Shown here piece after piece: positions 1-13,309 of a stretch of DNA of 64,000 nt. Position 1 is the first letter of the stretch, and each line of letters opens with the position of its first letter. A model generated the notes under the pieces. The model was not told the origin of the DNA, did not search any database, and was given only the letters and a program-made list of their open reading frames with translations. This stretch comes from Prorocentrum cordatum (taxonomy: Eukaryota): the NCBI GenBank assembly GCA_963575745.1, contig CAUYUJ010000088.1, positions 1 through 64,000 on the forward strand, in the 5' to 3' direction. The translations under genes were made by a program, and so were the position numbers.

Positions 1-48
<48 letters not shown>

Positions 49-115
49 ATAGTAGTAGTAGTAGTAATAGTAGTAGTAGTAGTAGTAGTAGTAGCAGCGG
101 TGGTAGTCGTAGTAG
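1..115. repeat. (TAG)n/(CTA)n microsatellite
   Basis: Near-perfect gta repeat from the window start. Confidence 0.97.
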
Positions 116-195
116 TGCGGCGCTGACGACGCCGAAGCTGAAGCCGACGACGCCGATGAGGACGACACCGACGGCGACGCCTACGACGCAGCAGA

Positions 196-375
196 ACCAC
201 AGCAAAACCAAAGGAAACCATTCTGGAAACCACAACAAAATCACAGCAAAGCCACGGCAAACCACAGCAGACAAAGCCACAGCAACAACACAACAAACTC
301 ACAGAATACTCACAGCAACCCACAGCGAACCACAGCAAAACCACAGCACAACCACAGCACAACCACGGCAAGAGA
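196..375. repeat. Degenerate ~11-bp tandem repeat (AACCACAGCAA)
   Basis: Recurrent accacagc/accacggc units. Confidence 0.8.
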
Positions 376-479
376 AACCAGGAGGCAGAGACCCCAGGAT
401 GCCCCAGGAGGAGAACCAGTGGAATCCGGAGGTCCAGATCGGTAATTTCCGGAGATTACCGATCTAACTTCCGGATTTC

Positions 480-735
480 AGTCTCTTCCTTTCTCTCCTT
501 TCCTCCTTTTCTCTCCTCTCCTTCGTTTCTCTTCTCTCATCCTTTTCTCTCCTCTCCTCCTTTTCTCTCCTCTCCTCCGTTTCTCTCCTCTCCTCATTTC
601 TGTTCCTCTCCTCCTTTTCGCTCCTCTCCTCCTTTTCTCTCCTCTCCTCCTTTGCTCTGCTCTCCTCCGTTTCGCTCCTCTCCTCCTTTTCTCTCCTCTC
701 CCCCTTTTCTCTCCTCCCCTCCTTTTCTCTCCAGG
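480..735. repeat. 18-bp pyrimidine-rich tandem repeat (TTTCTCTCCTCTCCTCCT)
   Basis: Periodic units; translate as a 6-aa periodic repeat (REKEER) on the minus strand. Confidence 0.85.
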
Positions 736-736
736 C

Positions 737-1110
737 CTTCAAGAGGCTTCAAAACGACCCAAGAAGCCTCCAAGAGCCAAAGAGGCCCCCAAACGACCCG
801 CCAAGAGGCCCCCAAGAGGCCCCAAACCGAAACGACTGCAAAGCAGCCTCCAAAACAGCTTCCCAAACCGCCTCCGAAAGATATTCCGAAACCGCTCCGA
901 AACATGTCCGAAACGGTTCCGAAGCAGCTCCGAAACGGCATCCGAAACGGTTTCCAAACAGCCTCCGAAGCGGTTCCGAACTAGTTCCAAAACGGTTCCG
1001 AAACAGTTTCCGAAACAGCCTCCGAGACAGCCTCCGAAACGGCTTCCGAAATAGCCTCCGAAAGAGATTCTGAAATTGTTCCGACACGGCTTCCGAAACA
1101 GTTTCCGAGG
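737..1110. repeat. CCAAGA 11-bp repeat followed by 12-bp CCGAAACGGTTT-type repeat
   Basis: ccaagaggccc units at 737-830, then ccgaaac units every 12 bp to ~1110. Confidence 0.8.
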
Positions 1111-1234
1111 CTACCATACCGAACCGAGGAGGAGGAGGAGGAGGAGGAGGAGGAGGAGGAGGGGGTTTGAATCCGAAAACTTGGACTTTCAAAAGTCCAG
1201 GTTTCAATTTTTTGATGTCGGGGTCTACCCAGGG

Positions 1235-1400
1235 CCCCCCGTGTCCACGGCTCCCGAGCAGCGAACCCCCCCCGGCTCCCGTGCACTGAATGGCGACGGG
1301 AATGGCGTTCCACCCTCCCCCCCCATGTCCACGGCTCCCGAGCAGCGACCCCCCCCGGCTCCCAAGCATTGAATGGCGTCGGAAATGGCGTCCCCCCTCC
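1235..1400. repeat. Direct duplication of ~85 bp
   Basis: tgtccacggctcccgagcagcga...gcactgaatggcg occurs twice in tandem. Confidence 0.85.
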
Positions 1401-2199
1401 CCCTTGCAGAGCGAAGCGTGAGCGAGCTCAAGTCCACGCACTCAGAAACTCACATTCCAGATCGGCGGATTGTTGGACCACTTTTGAAGAATTTTGTTTG
1501 TGTATTTTTGTTTCGTCCAAAATCCGCCTCCAGGGGGACACGCCCGACATAAATCCAGGTGCATTTGGATGCATCCGACGAGTTGCTGTGGTGACGTGCG
1601 TGTGGCAATTCGCCGTGAGGCCAGAAAGGAGGCACAGCGGCCCTCTCGAATGAGAACAAAGAGAGAGAGGAAGAAGAGGGGGAATATGAGGAGGGAGGAG
1701 GATGAGGAGGAGCACCAGAAGCAACATCAGGGAGGAGGGCGATCAGAAGGAAGAGAAGTCGTGAACCGCGCTGAGGCCTCAGAGTAGACGAGAAGGATGG
1801 TGATGGGGATGATGAGCAGGGAAAGGAGGTGGGAGTATGACATCAAGGATGAGGTGGACATGCAGGCGCCCACATTGTTGTTGGTGGCCAGTCTCTCTCG
1901 GGATGTGTTACCACTCGGTTGCTTCGAGTATGTCCTATGATATTTTTGCTCAGGCTCGCTTCAGAGTTCTGACACACGCGTGTCAAACTCATGTCTTCTC
2001 ATTTGGGGGGTCCCAGCAGCACCCGGACAGTTCTTGGACGGCTATTGGAACGGTTGCCGCCGTTGTTGCAAGGAGGAAGTCTCGGGCGGGAGCCTCGCTG
2101 TCGAGTAAGATGCCAGAACGTCTCGAGCTGGAGCCTCGTTTGCTGGGGTTAAACCCATGACGCTGTCAGCGCCCTCTCCCAGACCCGTGCAGGACCCTT

Positions 2200-4230
2200 C
2201 CCATTTCCAACAGCCTCTCAGGGGCGGCGTCAGTTCAACTGCAGGTTCCCGAAGCTGTCTCGTAGTCTGGCGTTGTCTTAGACCAGGCCCCTCCCCAAGC
2301 TGACTGAGACAGGTTCTTGGTCCCGCTCCCTCTCCTGCGAAGCACCATCCATTGGACAAGGCCCCTCCCAACACTGACTCTGTGGTGCTAGACGTGCTCC
2401 TCCCCCCTACACAGGCCACCTCTGCTGCACAGCGCCCTCTGTTAGGCAAGGCCCCTCCCCAAGTTGATGAGTCAAACTCCTTGGTGCTAGATGTGCCACT
2501 CCCCCCGCTGCTGCGCAGCACCCTCAATTAGACATGGCCCCTCCCAAAGCTGGCCAAAACAAACTGATTGGTGCTAGACGCCTCCACCCCCTCCTCCTTC
2601 TACACCGGCCCCCTCTTTTTGCACCCAATTCTCTGCTAGGCAAGCCCCTCCCGAAGCTGTTTCAAAAACCCTTTTGGTATTTGCTTGACGTGCCCCTGCT
2701 CCTACACTCGCCCCCTGTATCAGACCAGTCCCCTCCCCGAGTTGATTCGAACAAATCCTTGGTGCTAGACGTGCCCCTCCCCCTTCACCGGGCCACTCTG
2801 CTGCATTGTGCCCTCTCTTAGGCAAGGCCTTTCCCCAAGCTGGTGCAAAAGAACTCCTCGGCGCTAGACGTGCCCTTTCTCCTGCGCAGTACCCGCCTCG
2901 GTTAGACAAGGACCCTTCCCAAGATGATAGAAAAAACTTGGTGGTGCTAGACGCGCCACATCTCCTACGCAGGCCCCCTCTGCTGCACAGCACCTTCTGC
3001 TAGGCAAGCCCCACCTCAAGCTGTTTCCCAAATCCCTTTGGTACTAGACGTGCCCCTTCCGTGCACAGCACCCTCTATTGGACAAGGCGCTCTCCGAAGC
3101 CGAGTAAAACACACACGCACACATTTCTTGGTGCTAGACGTGTCCTCCCCCTTCACATGCTCTTAATCCTACACGGCGCCCTCTGTTAGACAAGGCCACT
3201 CCCCCAGTTGATTCAATCAAGTCCTGGGTACTAGACGTGCCTCTCCCACGGCACAGCACCCTCTATTGGACCAGGGCCCTCCCCCTTCTGATTACAAGGA
3301 ACTCCTTGGTGCTAGACGCGCCCATCCTCCGACACAGGCCCCCTCTGCTGCAGCACTCTCTGCTGGGCAAGCCTCTCCCAAAGCTGATTGAACACGCTCC
3401 ATCGAAAATATGCGTGTCTTTCCATCTGCACACCACCCTCTATGAGACAAGGCCTTTCCCCGTTAAAAAAGCCCCTTGGTGCTAGATGTGTCCCTCTCCC
3501 TCTACAGGCCCGCTGTGTTGCGCAGTACACTCTATTTGATAGGCCCCTTCCGAAGCTGCTTAAACACAACTCCCCTGTGGTAGACGTGCCCTTCTTACTA
3601 CGCTGGCCCCCTCTATTCCCCTGCTTGCGCACGGATTCATACATCAGACAAGGACTCCAAGAACATTGATTCAAACAATTCCTTGGTGCTAGACGTGCCG
3701 ATCCACATTCACAGGCCCCCTCTGCTGCACATCACACTCCGTTGGACAAAGAGCTGATTAAACAGTATCTGCTTTGATCTAGACGTGCCCTCCCTCCTGC
3801 ACAACACCCACTATAGGACAAGGCCCCGTGCAGAGGCTGAGTATAACCGAAACCCCTTGGTGCTAGACGTGCCGCTCCTCCTTCACAGACCCCCTCTGCT
3901 GCACAGCGTCCCCTATTGGACAAGGCCTCCCCACACGCTGATTAAAGCAACAACTTCTTAGTGCTAGGCGCGCCATTGTTCCTTACACAGGCCCCTGCCG
4001 CTTCACACCACGCATTGCTAGGAGAACCCTTCCTCAAGCCGATTAAACAAACATGTCATGTGATACTACACGTGCTCCTCCTCCTGAATAGCACCCTCTG
4101 TTGCGCAGCACCCTCTGTGAGGCAAACCCCCGTGCCAAGCTGAAGTCTGAACAAGCTCCTTGGTTATAGACGCGCCCCTCTCATTGTGCAGGCCTTCTCT
4201 GTTGTCCAGCACCCTTCATTAGACAAGGCC
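2200..4230. repeat. Diverged satellite, ~70-100-bp unit (TTGGTGCTAGACGTGCCC...CTGCACAGCACCCTC...AGACAAGGCCCCTCCCCAAGCTG)
   Basis: The core gctagacg(t/c)gcc motif recurs roughly 20 times with conserved downstream blocks. Confidence 0.85.
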
Positions 4231-4669
4231 GCCACTGCAGCAGCAGCAGCGCGGACAGACACGGACAGGATGCAACTGGCAGAGGCTGCGGAGGCGGCGA
4301 GGGCAGCGGCTCCAACCCTTCACCTTGCGGCGCGGCGGCGTGGGCGGCTTCGGCAGCTAGCGCGGCGGCGTCGGCGGTGCAGCCCCATGATGTTCGCTTA
4401 CGCGATCGGCACTGGCTACCTCCGGTGGCGTTTGGTGCTACAGCTCTCCGACGGGTCGCTGTGGTTCGCACATAGTGCTTGTTATTGAATCGCTTCGCTC
4501 ATTCCGCCGGCCCGTGATATGGCATCGCTGGTTTTTGTCTGTGTGTTCGTTGCCCATGTTGCGCTCTTGGGGGCGGGTGTCGTTCGGACGCGTTGCATGG
4601 GGAGTTTTGATGGTGAAGCAGTTCCCTGGGGGTCGTCTCTCGATTGGGCGAAATAGAGTCGTCGTCAAG

Positions 4670-5315
4670 ATGCTTCTTTGGGGGGCCTCTTGGGGTCTGT
4701 TGAGAGGCCGTTCGGGGGCGCCTGGGAGACATGTTTGAAGCCTTCTGGGGTTTCTTTTGGGCCTCCTGGGAGTCTCCTGGGGCCTCTTGGCGACATCTTG
4801 GGGCCTCTTGGAGGCCTCTTGGGGCCTCTTTTGGACCTCCTGGGCGCCTTCTGGGACGGAGGGCTCCATTTTTGAGTTCTCGGTATCCCTCCTGAGTCCC
4901 TCTTGGGCCCGTCTTGGGGCCTCTTGGTCCGTCTTGGGCGGCACTTGGGCCGTCTTGAGGGCTCTCTTGGTCGTTTCGGCGCCGTCTTGGGAGCTTCGTG
5001 GGCCGTCTTGAGCGGTCTTGGGGGCTCTGGTCCGTCTTGTAGCGTCCTGAAGCCGAAAAAAAGCCAGAACAACATAAAACATATCAAAACAAACGAAAAA
5101 TCACGATTTATTTGGCCTCTTGGGGCTCTCTTCGGAGGCCTCTTGGAAGGCTCTTGGGGCGTCTTGGAGGCCTCTTGGGCTGTCTTGGGGGCCTTTTGGG
5201 CCGTCTTGGGGTCATCTTCGGCGTCTTCGAGCGCTCTTTGGGCGTCTCGGGGGCCTCTTGGGCAGTCTTGGGGGCTCTTGGGGCACTCTGAGCGCGCTCT
5301 GGGGAGCCTGAGAGG
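4670..5315. repeat. TCTTGG-core 11/12-bp repeat family block
   Basis: gggcctcttgg / ccgtcttgg units; same family at 56230, 58520 and (reverse) 737, 61370. Confidence 0.85.
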
Positions 5316-5569
5316 CCGCACCCAGAAGGAAAACCATCTCTGAGTAGACTTGGTCGGGCGGCGGTCGGGCGGCGGACCGGGCGTTGGTCGGGGTACTTTT
5401 CGCCGGGGGACCCCCAGGGGCCGCCCCGCGCGCGCGAACTAGAAATACTGTTAATACTGTTAACCAGTTACCGGAGATCTTAGCACGCCCTGGCCCGTTG
5501 GGCCGGCGAATTTTCATTGCCGCGCAGTGTTGTCATGATTCTGATTGTCCGGCTGCTACAGTTACACAT

Positions 5570-6220
5570 CTTCTTTTCTCCTTCATTCGACGAGGCCTTT
5601 CCCTAAGCAGATCAAGCCAGATTTGTCCGTGCTCGACGCACCCCTCTTCCACACCAGCCCGCTCTGTGACATAGCACCCTCTGCTAGATAAGCCCGTCCC
5701 CATGGTGATTCAAAGTGCTTCGTGATAAGTACTAGACGCGCCCCTTCTCATGCACGCCCTCCTCTGTTAGACAAGGCCCCTGCTGGAGATGATTAGAACA
5801 ACAACTCTTGGTCGTAGACGTGCCCATCCCCCTGCAGAGGCCCCTTCTGCTGCACAGCACCTTCTATGAGACAGGGCCCCTCCCCAAGCTGATGAAAAAA
5901 CAGCTCCTTGATGCTAGACGTGTCTTTTCCGTTGCACAGGACTCTTCTTCTGCGAAACACCCTCTGCTGGGCAAGCCCCTCCCCAAGCTGATCAAAATAA
6001 CCGTTTGACGCTAGACGTGCCCTTGTTTCCTGCGTTAGACGATGCTCCTCGCCAAGCTGACTTTGAAACAACTCCTGGGTGCTAGACGCACCCATCCCCC
6101 TTCACCGGCCCCCTTCTGCTGCGCAAGGTACTCTTTCAGACAAGACCCCTCCCCGACCCTGTTTGTCGAAACTCCGTTGTGCTGGCGTGTCCCTCCTCCT
6201 GCACAGCACCTTCTGCTGAA
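5570..6220. repeat. Continuation of the GCTAGACGTGCCC satellite
   Basis: Same unit and orientation as 2200-4230. Confidence 0.8.
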
Positions 6221-6810
6221 CATGCAAAAATCAGGAAGGACAAAAACACAGACGCAAATAATCGCCGATGCCCCGGAAAATGTAGGAAAACATGCGCGCC
6301 TGACTCCGGGCTGGGCGCGCGGGCCACAGACGGGCGGCCTCTCGCGGTCGGCGCTGACGCTCCGGCCGGCGCCTCCGAGGCCCCCCCCCCATGGCCGTCG
6401 GCAGAAATGGAGCCCGCTACCTGGAGAGTCTCGGGGCGTTGTCACACCTGGATGAGGGCGAGGCCCAGCGGCGCCTCGCTGCGACTCCGCCCGCCGCCGC
6501 CCCCGGCGCGCTCGAAGCTTCCTCGCGGGGGAACAACGGACCCGCCTGCCAGCTGGTCAGTAAAAGCCCCTGCGCGCCCATTCGCCCCCCTTCCCCGGGC
6601 AGCGATTCCGCCCGAGCGGGCAGCGAACCGCCGCCCCTCCCTCTCGAAACCTGGGCCTCGCCGGGGAAGCCGGCATCACCCAGAGGCTTTTTGGGTCACT
6701 ATTAGTGTTCCGATCGATTTCGCTGCGTCTGATTATCTATGTTCAACAAACTGATCCGATACAAGTAACATCAATGTAAAGTGATCGGATCCACGCTCCA
6801 AAAATTATGA

Positions 6811-6846
<36 letters not shown>

Positions 6847-7407
6847 ATGCGCAGTTTAAAACATGAAAGCAATGATTTGTCATGCGCTGCGCGAGTATGA
6901 AGCCAACACGGCCACGGAGGAATGGGGCAAGAGGAGGAAGGAAGGGGGGAGGCAGTCATTGAGCAAATTGAAGGGAGTCTCAAGCCAGAGCTGTTATTGA
7001 GAAGAGCTGCCGCCTATATAGTTCACATTGCACAGTAGTTACATGATTGCCTTGAAATTCAGAGGAAATCTCAATCGAAAGCTTCATTTTGAAAAGGACA
7101 CGCCGCACCAGACCGAGCCACCGTTCCAGACCGAATCGACCACACGCTGCCCATGCCCTACCATGGGCCCACCGCCCTGTCACCCAAAAGCGTCGTCACC
7201 AGAGTCTTGCATGGGCTATGGTCGGGCGTGCGCGGTCTGCGGTCGGCTCGTTCCGCAGCGGGTTTCTGCCTTCTCCACCTGCCCCGCCTGCTTTTGCCTC
7301 TGCTGCCCTCCCTCGCGGAGCCGGTTCGGTTCTGATATGGGCAGGGCTTGCTTTCGCGGAGCTCCAGTGCCCAGAAAATGCTGGATCGCGCCAGTGGGCA
7401 GGGCACT

Positions 7408-8565
7408 CATGGCGGGCCGCGGCGAGGGCGCCGCCACGGCCAGGGCCGCCAGGGCGGGCGACGAGGGAGCTGATTCGGAGAGAGCGATCGAGAGCTTGCG
7501 CCAGCAGCTGACCGAGCTGCAGCAGCAGAACCGCGCTCTGGCCGTCGAGAACAACACGCTGCGCGCGCAGAGCGACGTTGGTTCCGCCACCGAGCAGGAG
7601 AGCGAGATCCCAGCTTCACAGCCGGGGTCGAGGTCGAGGACGCCGCCGAGGAACAGCCAGGGGGCCAAGCGGGACACGTTGGTCGACGCCTTGGAGCCAG
7701 GCACCGCAGGTTCGCCAGCGGCTGCGGCGTCAGCGGCAGGAGATGGCGCCATCGACGTTGGCAGTTCGAGCGCGGCGACTGCGGAGCCAGAGATGCCAGA
7801 GACGATGCCAGCGGCCGTCCCCTCGTCCAAGGAGATCCAGGTGATTGACATTCCCGACGTCGACGACACTCCCGTCTCGGGCGCGATGGCGCAGGAGATC
7901 GCCCTCGATGAGCTCGAGCTGGCGACCAACAAGGACAGGCAGAGGCCGCAGCAGGAAGGAGGTGGCGGCGACGAGTCCAAGGAGGAGAACCTTGGCGACA
8001 TGGCGAAGGCGATAGAGGAGTCGAAGAAGGCCGAGGAGGCCGCAGAGAGCAGGAAGCGCCTCGAGGAGCAGCAGTTGCAGCGGGCGCTCGAGGCCAGCCA
8101 GAAGCCGACGCGTCAGGAGCAGGAGCTGCAGCGGGCGCTGGGCGACAGCAGGATGACAGCACCGCCAGAGGCCGTCGCTCACATGAAGGATGGGGCGAGC
8201 GCTGGCTGGAGTGCGACTTCGCGTTCAGCCGGGCCTCTGACGTCCAAGCCCACCGAGGGCGCCTGGGTGGCGCCTGGAGTGGCCAGAAGCAGCATCAGCA
8301 GTGCTGCGCCCGCAGCGGCCGCAGAGGCCAAGCCCGCGGCGGGCCCGAGCGACTGCAGCGGCGCCGCGCCCGCAGCGGCCGCAGGCGGCAGCGGCGAAGG
8401 CAGCGGCGCCGCCCAGGATCAACCAGAGGACGGAGGTTCGTCCAATGAGCCATTGAGTTCGCTCGGGCGTCAGGACCGCTACGCGAATTCGGCCGAGGAG
8501 GAGTGGTACGAGCAGGAGAAGCTGCGAGCTCGCCGCAGCGAGGCTCCGCGGGACTCGAAGACGGC
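7408..8565 (+). CDS. Exon(s) of an unknown low-complexity protein with a coiled coil and ubiquitin-interacting-motif-like helices
   Basis: GC3-rich open frame within ORF 7028..9229; IESLRQQLTELQQQNRALAVENNTLRAQ coiled coil; EEQQLQRALEAS and QEQELQRALGDS resemble the UIM consensus. Exon limits uncertain. Confidence 0.5.
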
Positions 8566-11500
8566 GGCGACGACGACGACGATGACGACGACGACGACGA
8601 CGACGACCACGAACACGACCAAGAACGCGACGACGACGACAACGACGACGACGACGACGACGCCCCAGCGCCCAGGCTTTCGACACGTCGGGGCACCAGG
8701 CGCAGCAGCGCTCGGGGCTCGCGGCGCAGACGGCCGCTGGGGACACGCCGCCGACGCCGCAGACCCTGGGCAGCAATGGCCAGCAGGATTTCCCCGCTGC
8801 CTTTGCATGCTGCTATTCGCGTTTCGTCGGCCCCACTCCACCCCTACGTTAGTCCGCACCTCGCCATCTCAGTGGGTGGCTGTATCCAGTGTCCTCCACC
8901 ACCTCCACCTCTACCCTCGTTCTCACCATCATCGTCGTACTCTTCCTCGTCCTTCCTCACCTGGTGACCCTCCGCGCTCCTCGCCTCGTGATTCTCTGCG
9001 GGTTCCTCCTCTCCTCTGCTCGTTCTCCTCCGCACTCCTCCTTTTTTTGATCTTATGCGTCCTCGGGGATCTCTACTCGCGGATGCGCTGCTGTCTCAGT
9101 CGCTTAGCGCCGCGCCGCAGGAGACGCCCAAGAAGGAGGTGCGCCCCGTGGCTCGCATGGCGCAGCTGGCGGTCGACGCGACCCGGGGCCGCGGCCGCTC
9201 CGCTCCGCGATCAGTCGAACGAGCAGTAGCATAGGGGGCCGCCGAAATCCCATGCGAAATCCCGCGCATGGAATTTCGCATGGGATTTCAGCTGCTCTCT
9301 ACGAGGCTGACAGAGCTTCTGGTGGGACCCCCGAAACGAACACGACAACGACGACGACGACGACGACTACGACGACGACTACGACTACGACGACGACGAC
9401 AACAACCGCGACCACGCCTCGCCCAGAGCGTTCCACGCCCTGAGCGACTACGACCACGACTACGACGACCGAGCATCCGCGCCTCGCTCAGAGCGTTCCA
9501 CGAGCGCCCGAATCGCCCCGAACGGCAGCGGGACACGCCTGAGCTGGGGCACCAGAACCTTTCGCCTTTCAGACATTGGCTGTGCCAGCCAAGTGCAATC
9601 CCATGCTAGATCACTTGCGTGTGATCTCGCATGGGCATTCGGTTGCCCCCTCCTCCTCCTCCTCCTCCTCCTCCTCCTCCTCCTCCTCCTCTTCCTCCTC
9701 CTCCTCCTCCTCCGCTCGCTCCTCCTCCTCCCCCTCCCCCCCCTCCTCCCCCCCCTCTCCTCCCCCCCCCCCCTCCCCCTCCCCTCATCGGTCGCATGCC
9801 CGCCCCTGGATGTTGTATCTTTCCTCGAAGCGCGTTCTGTTCTCCTTGGGATTCGGGGCCTCGGATGCCGCGTCGATCCGCGGGCCCGCCACGGACGCCA
9901 AGCGTGTCCTTCGGTGGACTAGCTTCTCCTTTGTCTTTCGCCCTCCTCATCCGTCTCCGCCTTCTCCTCCTCGTCTCCTCGCCTTCCTCCTCCGACTCCC
10001 GCTTCTGCCGGCGCGTCTTTGTCAAGCGAGCCTTACTGCGGGGGGGCAGTGGCTGGCGCGCCCGCGCGAGCGCCGCGGAGATGGACAGCAGATAGGAGCT
10101 CGACAAGGACATGCTCCGAGCTGTCTGGCAGCTCCACATTCCGACGGCCCGTTGCGTTCATCTTTAACCCATTTCATTCATATCCTCCTCATTCCCCTTA
10201 TTATCATCGCCCCCCCCCCCCCCACGCCGAGCAAGGCCGACTCGGCGCGGTGCGCCGCCCAGGACCTCCAGAAAGCCAAGATGAAGAAGTCTGGCATCCT
10301 GGCCCGCGCGAAGCTGCTGGTGAACGCTCGCAAGGTCTGCGTCGGGATCGCTCGGAAGTCCGCAGAGGCTGCGCAGGAAGTGGAAGACAGCGAGGAGACA
10401 TACGGGCACGAGGTTTATGGGGGGGCGGGAGAGGAGAGGGATGAGGAAGACGAGGAGAAGTTAGTTCAACCCAGTCGCATCACCGCCACCATCCCGCCCC
10501 CCTCCTCCTACTGCCCGTCGGGGATGAGGAGGCGGGGGGGGGCGGGCGAGGGGGCGGGGGAAGAGGTGGGAGGCAGGGGCGGAGGAGGGGAATGAGGATG
10601 AGAATAGGGGAGTGGAGGAGGACGAGGCGGAGGAGCAGGAGGACGAGGAGGAGGGGGAGGAGGTGAGCGGCGGGGGAGGAGGATTGAGGGGTGAGCGAGA
10701 ATATTTAGGAATCCCCAGGCTGTGCCGAAAAAGGTCGGGAAGTCAAGCGAGTCGAAGTGGCGCCTATCGACGGATCTGGGCGACTGGGCCTGCGACGCCG
10801 CGCGGTCGCTGCGCTGCGTGATCCGCCATGCGCGGCAAGCTCTCTGCAAGACCTTTGGGCGAGAAGAGGGGGCGGGGTGGGCGGCCTGGCGGTTCTCGGC
10901 GACAGCCGCAGTGATGGCAAGATGTTGGGGTCGATCCTCGCCCCCCCCCCCCCCCCTCCCCCCCGCGCGGCCATCGAGGGTGAAAGTTTTTTCGGGGGGG
11001 GGGATGGGGGGGGGGGGGGGGGGGGGGGGGGTGGGGGGGGGGGGGGGGGTCTGGAGGAGGAGCTAGAAGAGGAGGAAGCTGAGAAGCCTGAGGAAGGGTA
11101 AATGGGGTGAGGAGATGAGGGAGGCGAGAGAAGGGTCGTGGAAGGGCAAGGGATTGCCGATGATAGGGAGGCCGAGGCCGAGGGGGTTCGGGGGTAGGGT
11201 AGGTAGGGGAGGAAGGAGAGGAGGGGAGGAGGAGTGAGGCGGAGGAGGATGAGGATGGGGGAGAAGAGGGGATGTGTAATGAGGCGGGGTCCCGCCGACT
11301 GCGCGAAACGCCGACGACGACCGAACGACGGCGACTGCGACGGCAAGGGAGAGCATCGTATATATAATCAACGAGGACAGCAAGAAAGAAAGGGTGACAG
11401 AAACGCCCAGCAAGGACTCCTAGCTTCGCGCTTCGCGTCTTCCTCGAGGGTAGCGACGCCGCCGCGGAGGAGGATGACGACCCCGCGGGGGAGAGCGAGA

Positions 11501-12229
11501 AACTCTCGGAGGACGAGGGCGAGGACGACTCCGCGGAGGAGGGCGAGCCCGCGCCCGTCGTCGTCAGACCTTCGCACAGGAAGTCGGAGACGCAGAAGAA
11601 GGTCGACATGCCTCCTTTTCCTCGTCCCGAATCCTCCTCCTCCTCCCCCTCCACCTCCTCCTCTTTCTCCCCCTGCATCCTCCTGCGTGCTTCCCACTCC
11701 ACATGGCTCTCATCATCGTCGCCCTTCTCCTCCTCCCCCTCCTTTTCATGATTCCCCATCTCCGCCCCTTCCTGATCCCCCGCGGTCCTCTCCGCACCCC
11801 CCCTTTCCCGTGCTTCCTCCTCTTCTTCCTCCGCACCCATCCTGATTCATCTCGTGTTTGATTGTTTGCGCTAGGGCTTATCGGCGTCGGCTGCGGGCGT
11901 CGGCGACAAGGGCGCGCGGGCCGCGCTGAGCTTGACGGCCATCGCGCGCAGGGGCGGGTGGGACTTGGGCTACGACAGCCAGATGCAGGTTTGAGCGTGG
12001 GGAACCCCCGCCCTGTCGAGCCCCCATGTCGCGCCCGCCGCGACGTCGTCGCTGCAGGGGTATGAACACAAGAGGGAACACGTGGAACCTATGGGCCGAT
12101 GGACATGGGACAGATTGACCGATTTGTGTCCATATGTGTGTACATATATTTTTCTATATTTATATATATGTGCAGTATGTTCATCTATCCATACAGTCAT
12201 CTATATATGTCCACAGACACAAGGGGGGG

Positions 12230-13309
12230 AGGGGCTCGACAGGGCTTCGCTGGGATCGCACGGAGGTGGCGTGGAGGGCCGGCGTCAAGGACTCGAGCAA
12301 GTTGAAGCAGGTTGTCCCAGGGTGCGCCATGGCGAGGAAGCATGACGGCGAGACGCGCCCCGTGGCAACGTTCTCCGACGGCGCGGCGCGGGCCGCGCCG
12401 AACGCGAGCGAGGTGGGCTTGGACAAGCCGCTCTCCAGCAACGAGGAGTATCGCGGCACCAAGGACAACAAGGACGTCGCGGTCGCTTGGGTGAACCACG
12501 CGACGCGCGGGGTCTGGCTGCAGATCAAGGAGGGCAAGGAGCAGAGGATCGAGGACAAGAGCTTCCGCGATGAGCGCAAGAAGGAGGCGACGGCGTTCGC
12601 CATCGATATTGCCAAGTTGTTCATCGAGGGCAAGGTGGGCAAACCAGAGATGGAATCTCGGAAGTTCGACTTCCCGAAGTTCGGCAACGACAGCTGCAGG
12701 GCCGCTGGCTAGGCAAAGGAAAAGGCCACGGCGAAGGGCAAGGCAAAGGCGAAGAGCAAATCGATGGCCAAGACGCTCGCGCTGGCGGCCTCCGAGATGC
12801 CAGATGATGACGACAGCTCGAACGACGACCCGAATGAGTCCACTGACAGCGCTCATAATAAGGACGACGAGGAGTCGGAGGACGGCAACGAGGACGAGGA
12901 GCTGGAGGCCTCTGAGGGCGAGAAGTCGGACGGCCAGGACGTCGACGAGCCTGCTCTTGCGAGGAAGCGCCCGGCTGCTGCTACCAACGGCGACGGCAGG
13001 GGCGGGGGCGGCCGCGAGCTGAGGAGGCGACCAGCGGCAGCTGCTCCACCCGCGGACGCAGGCGCACGCCAGGCCGCGGACGGCGGAGGCAAGGGCTTCG
13101 AGAAGATCGCCAAGGGCATCGCCAGGGACGCAGAGAAGATCGCCAAGGGCATCGAGCTAGTGACGCCCGAGGCGATGGAGAAGAAGCCGCCCGAGGCGTC
13201 CCCGTCGCCAGCGGCGCCTGCCCCGAAGGCGCCGAACAAGGTCGTGGTGCCGCGGGGGACTGTGCCGTCGTACTTCGACAGTTTCATCGACGAAGACAGC
13301 CCGTTCTGA
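12230..13309 (+). pseudogene. Unknown protein-coding remnant (globular part, Lys/Ala-rich linker, acidic tract)
   Basis: ORFs 12134..12712 and 12764..13309 are in the same frame, separated by one TAG at 12710; codon usage looks coding. Confidence 0.45.

Noticed and set aside
2200..4230. CRISPR-like array (also 61860-62560 and 63705-64000)
   Set aside because: The inter-repeat sequences are homologous to each other and of irregular length, there are no cas genes, and the context is eukaryotic.
4438..5343. Overlapping ORFs on both strands of the TCTTGG block
   Set aside because: Open frames arise from stop-poor repeat units.
10994..11049. Long G/C homopolymer runs as G-quadruplex elements (also ~30400, ~40780, ~42350)
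   Set aside because: They lie in GGA/CCT low-complexity tracts and are probably inflated by sequencing error.
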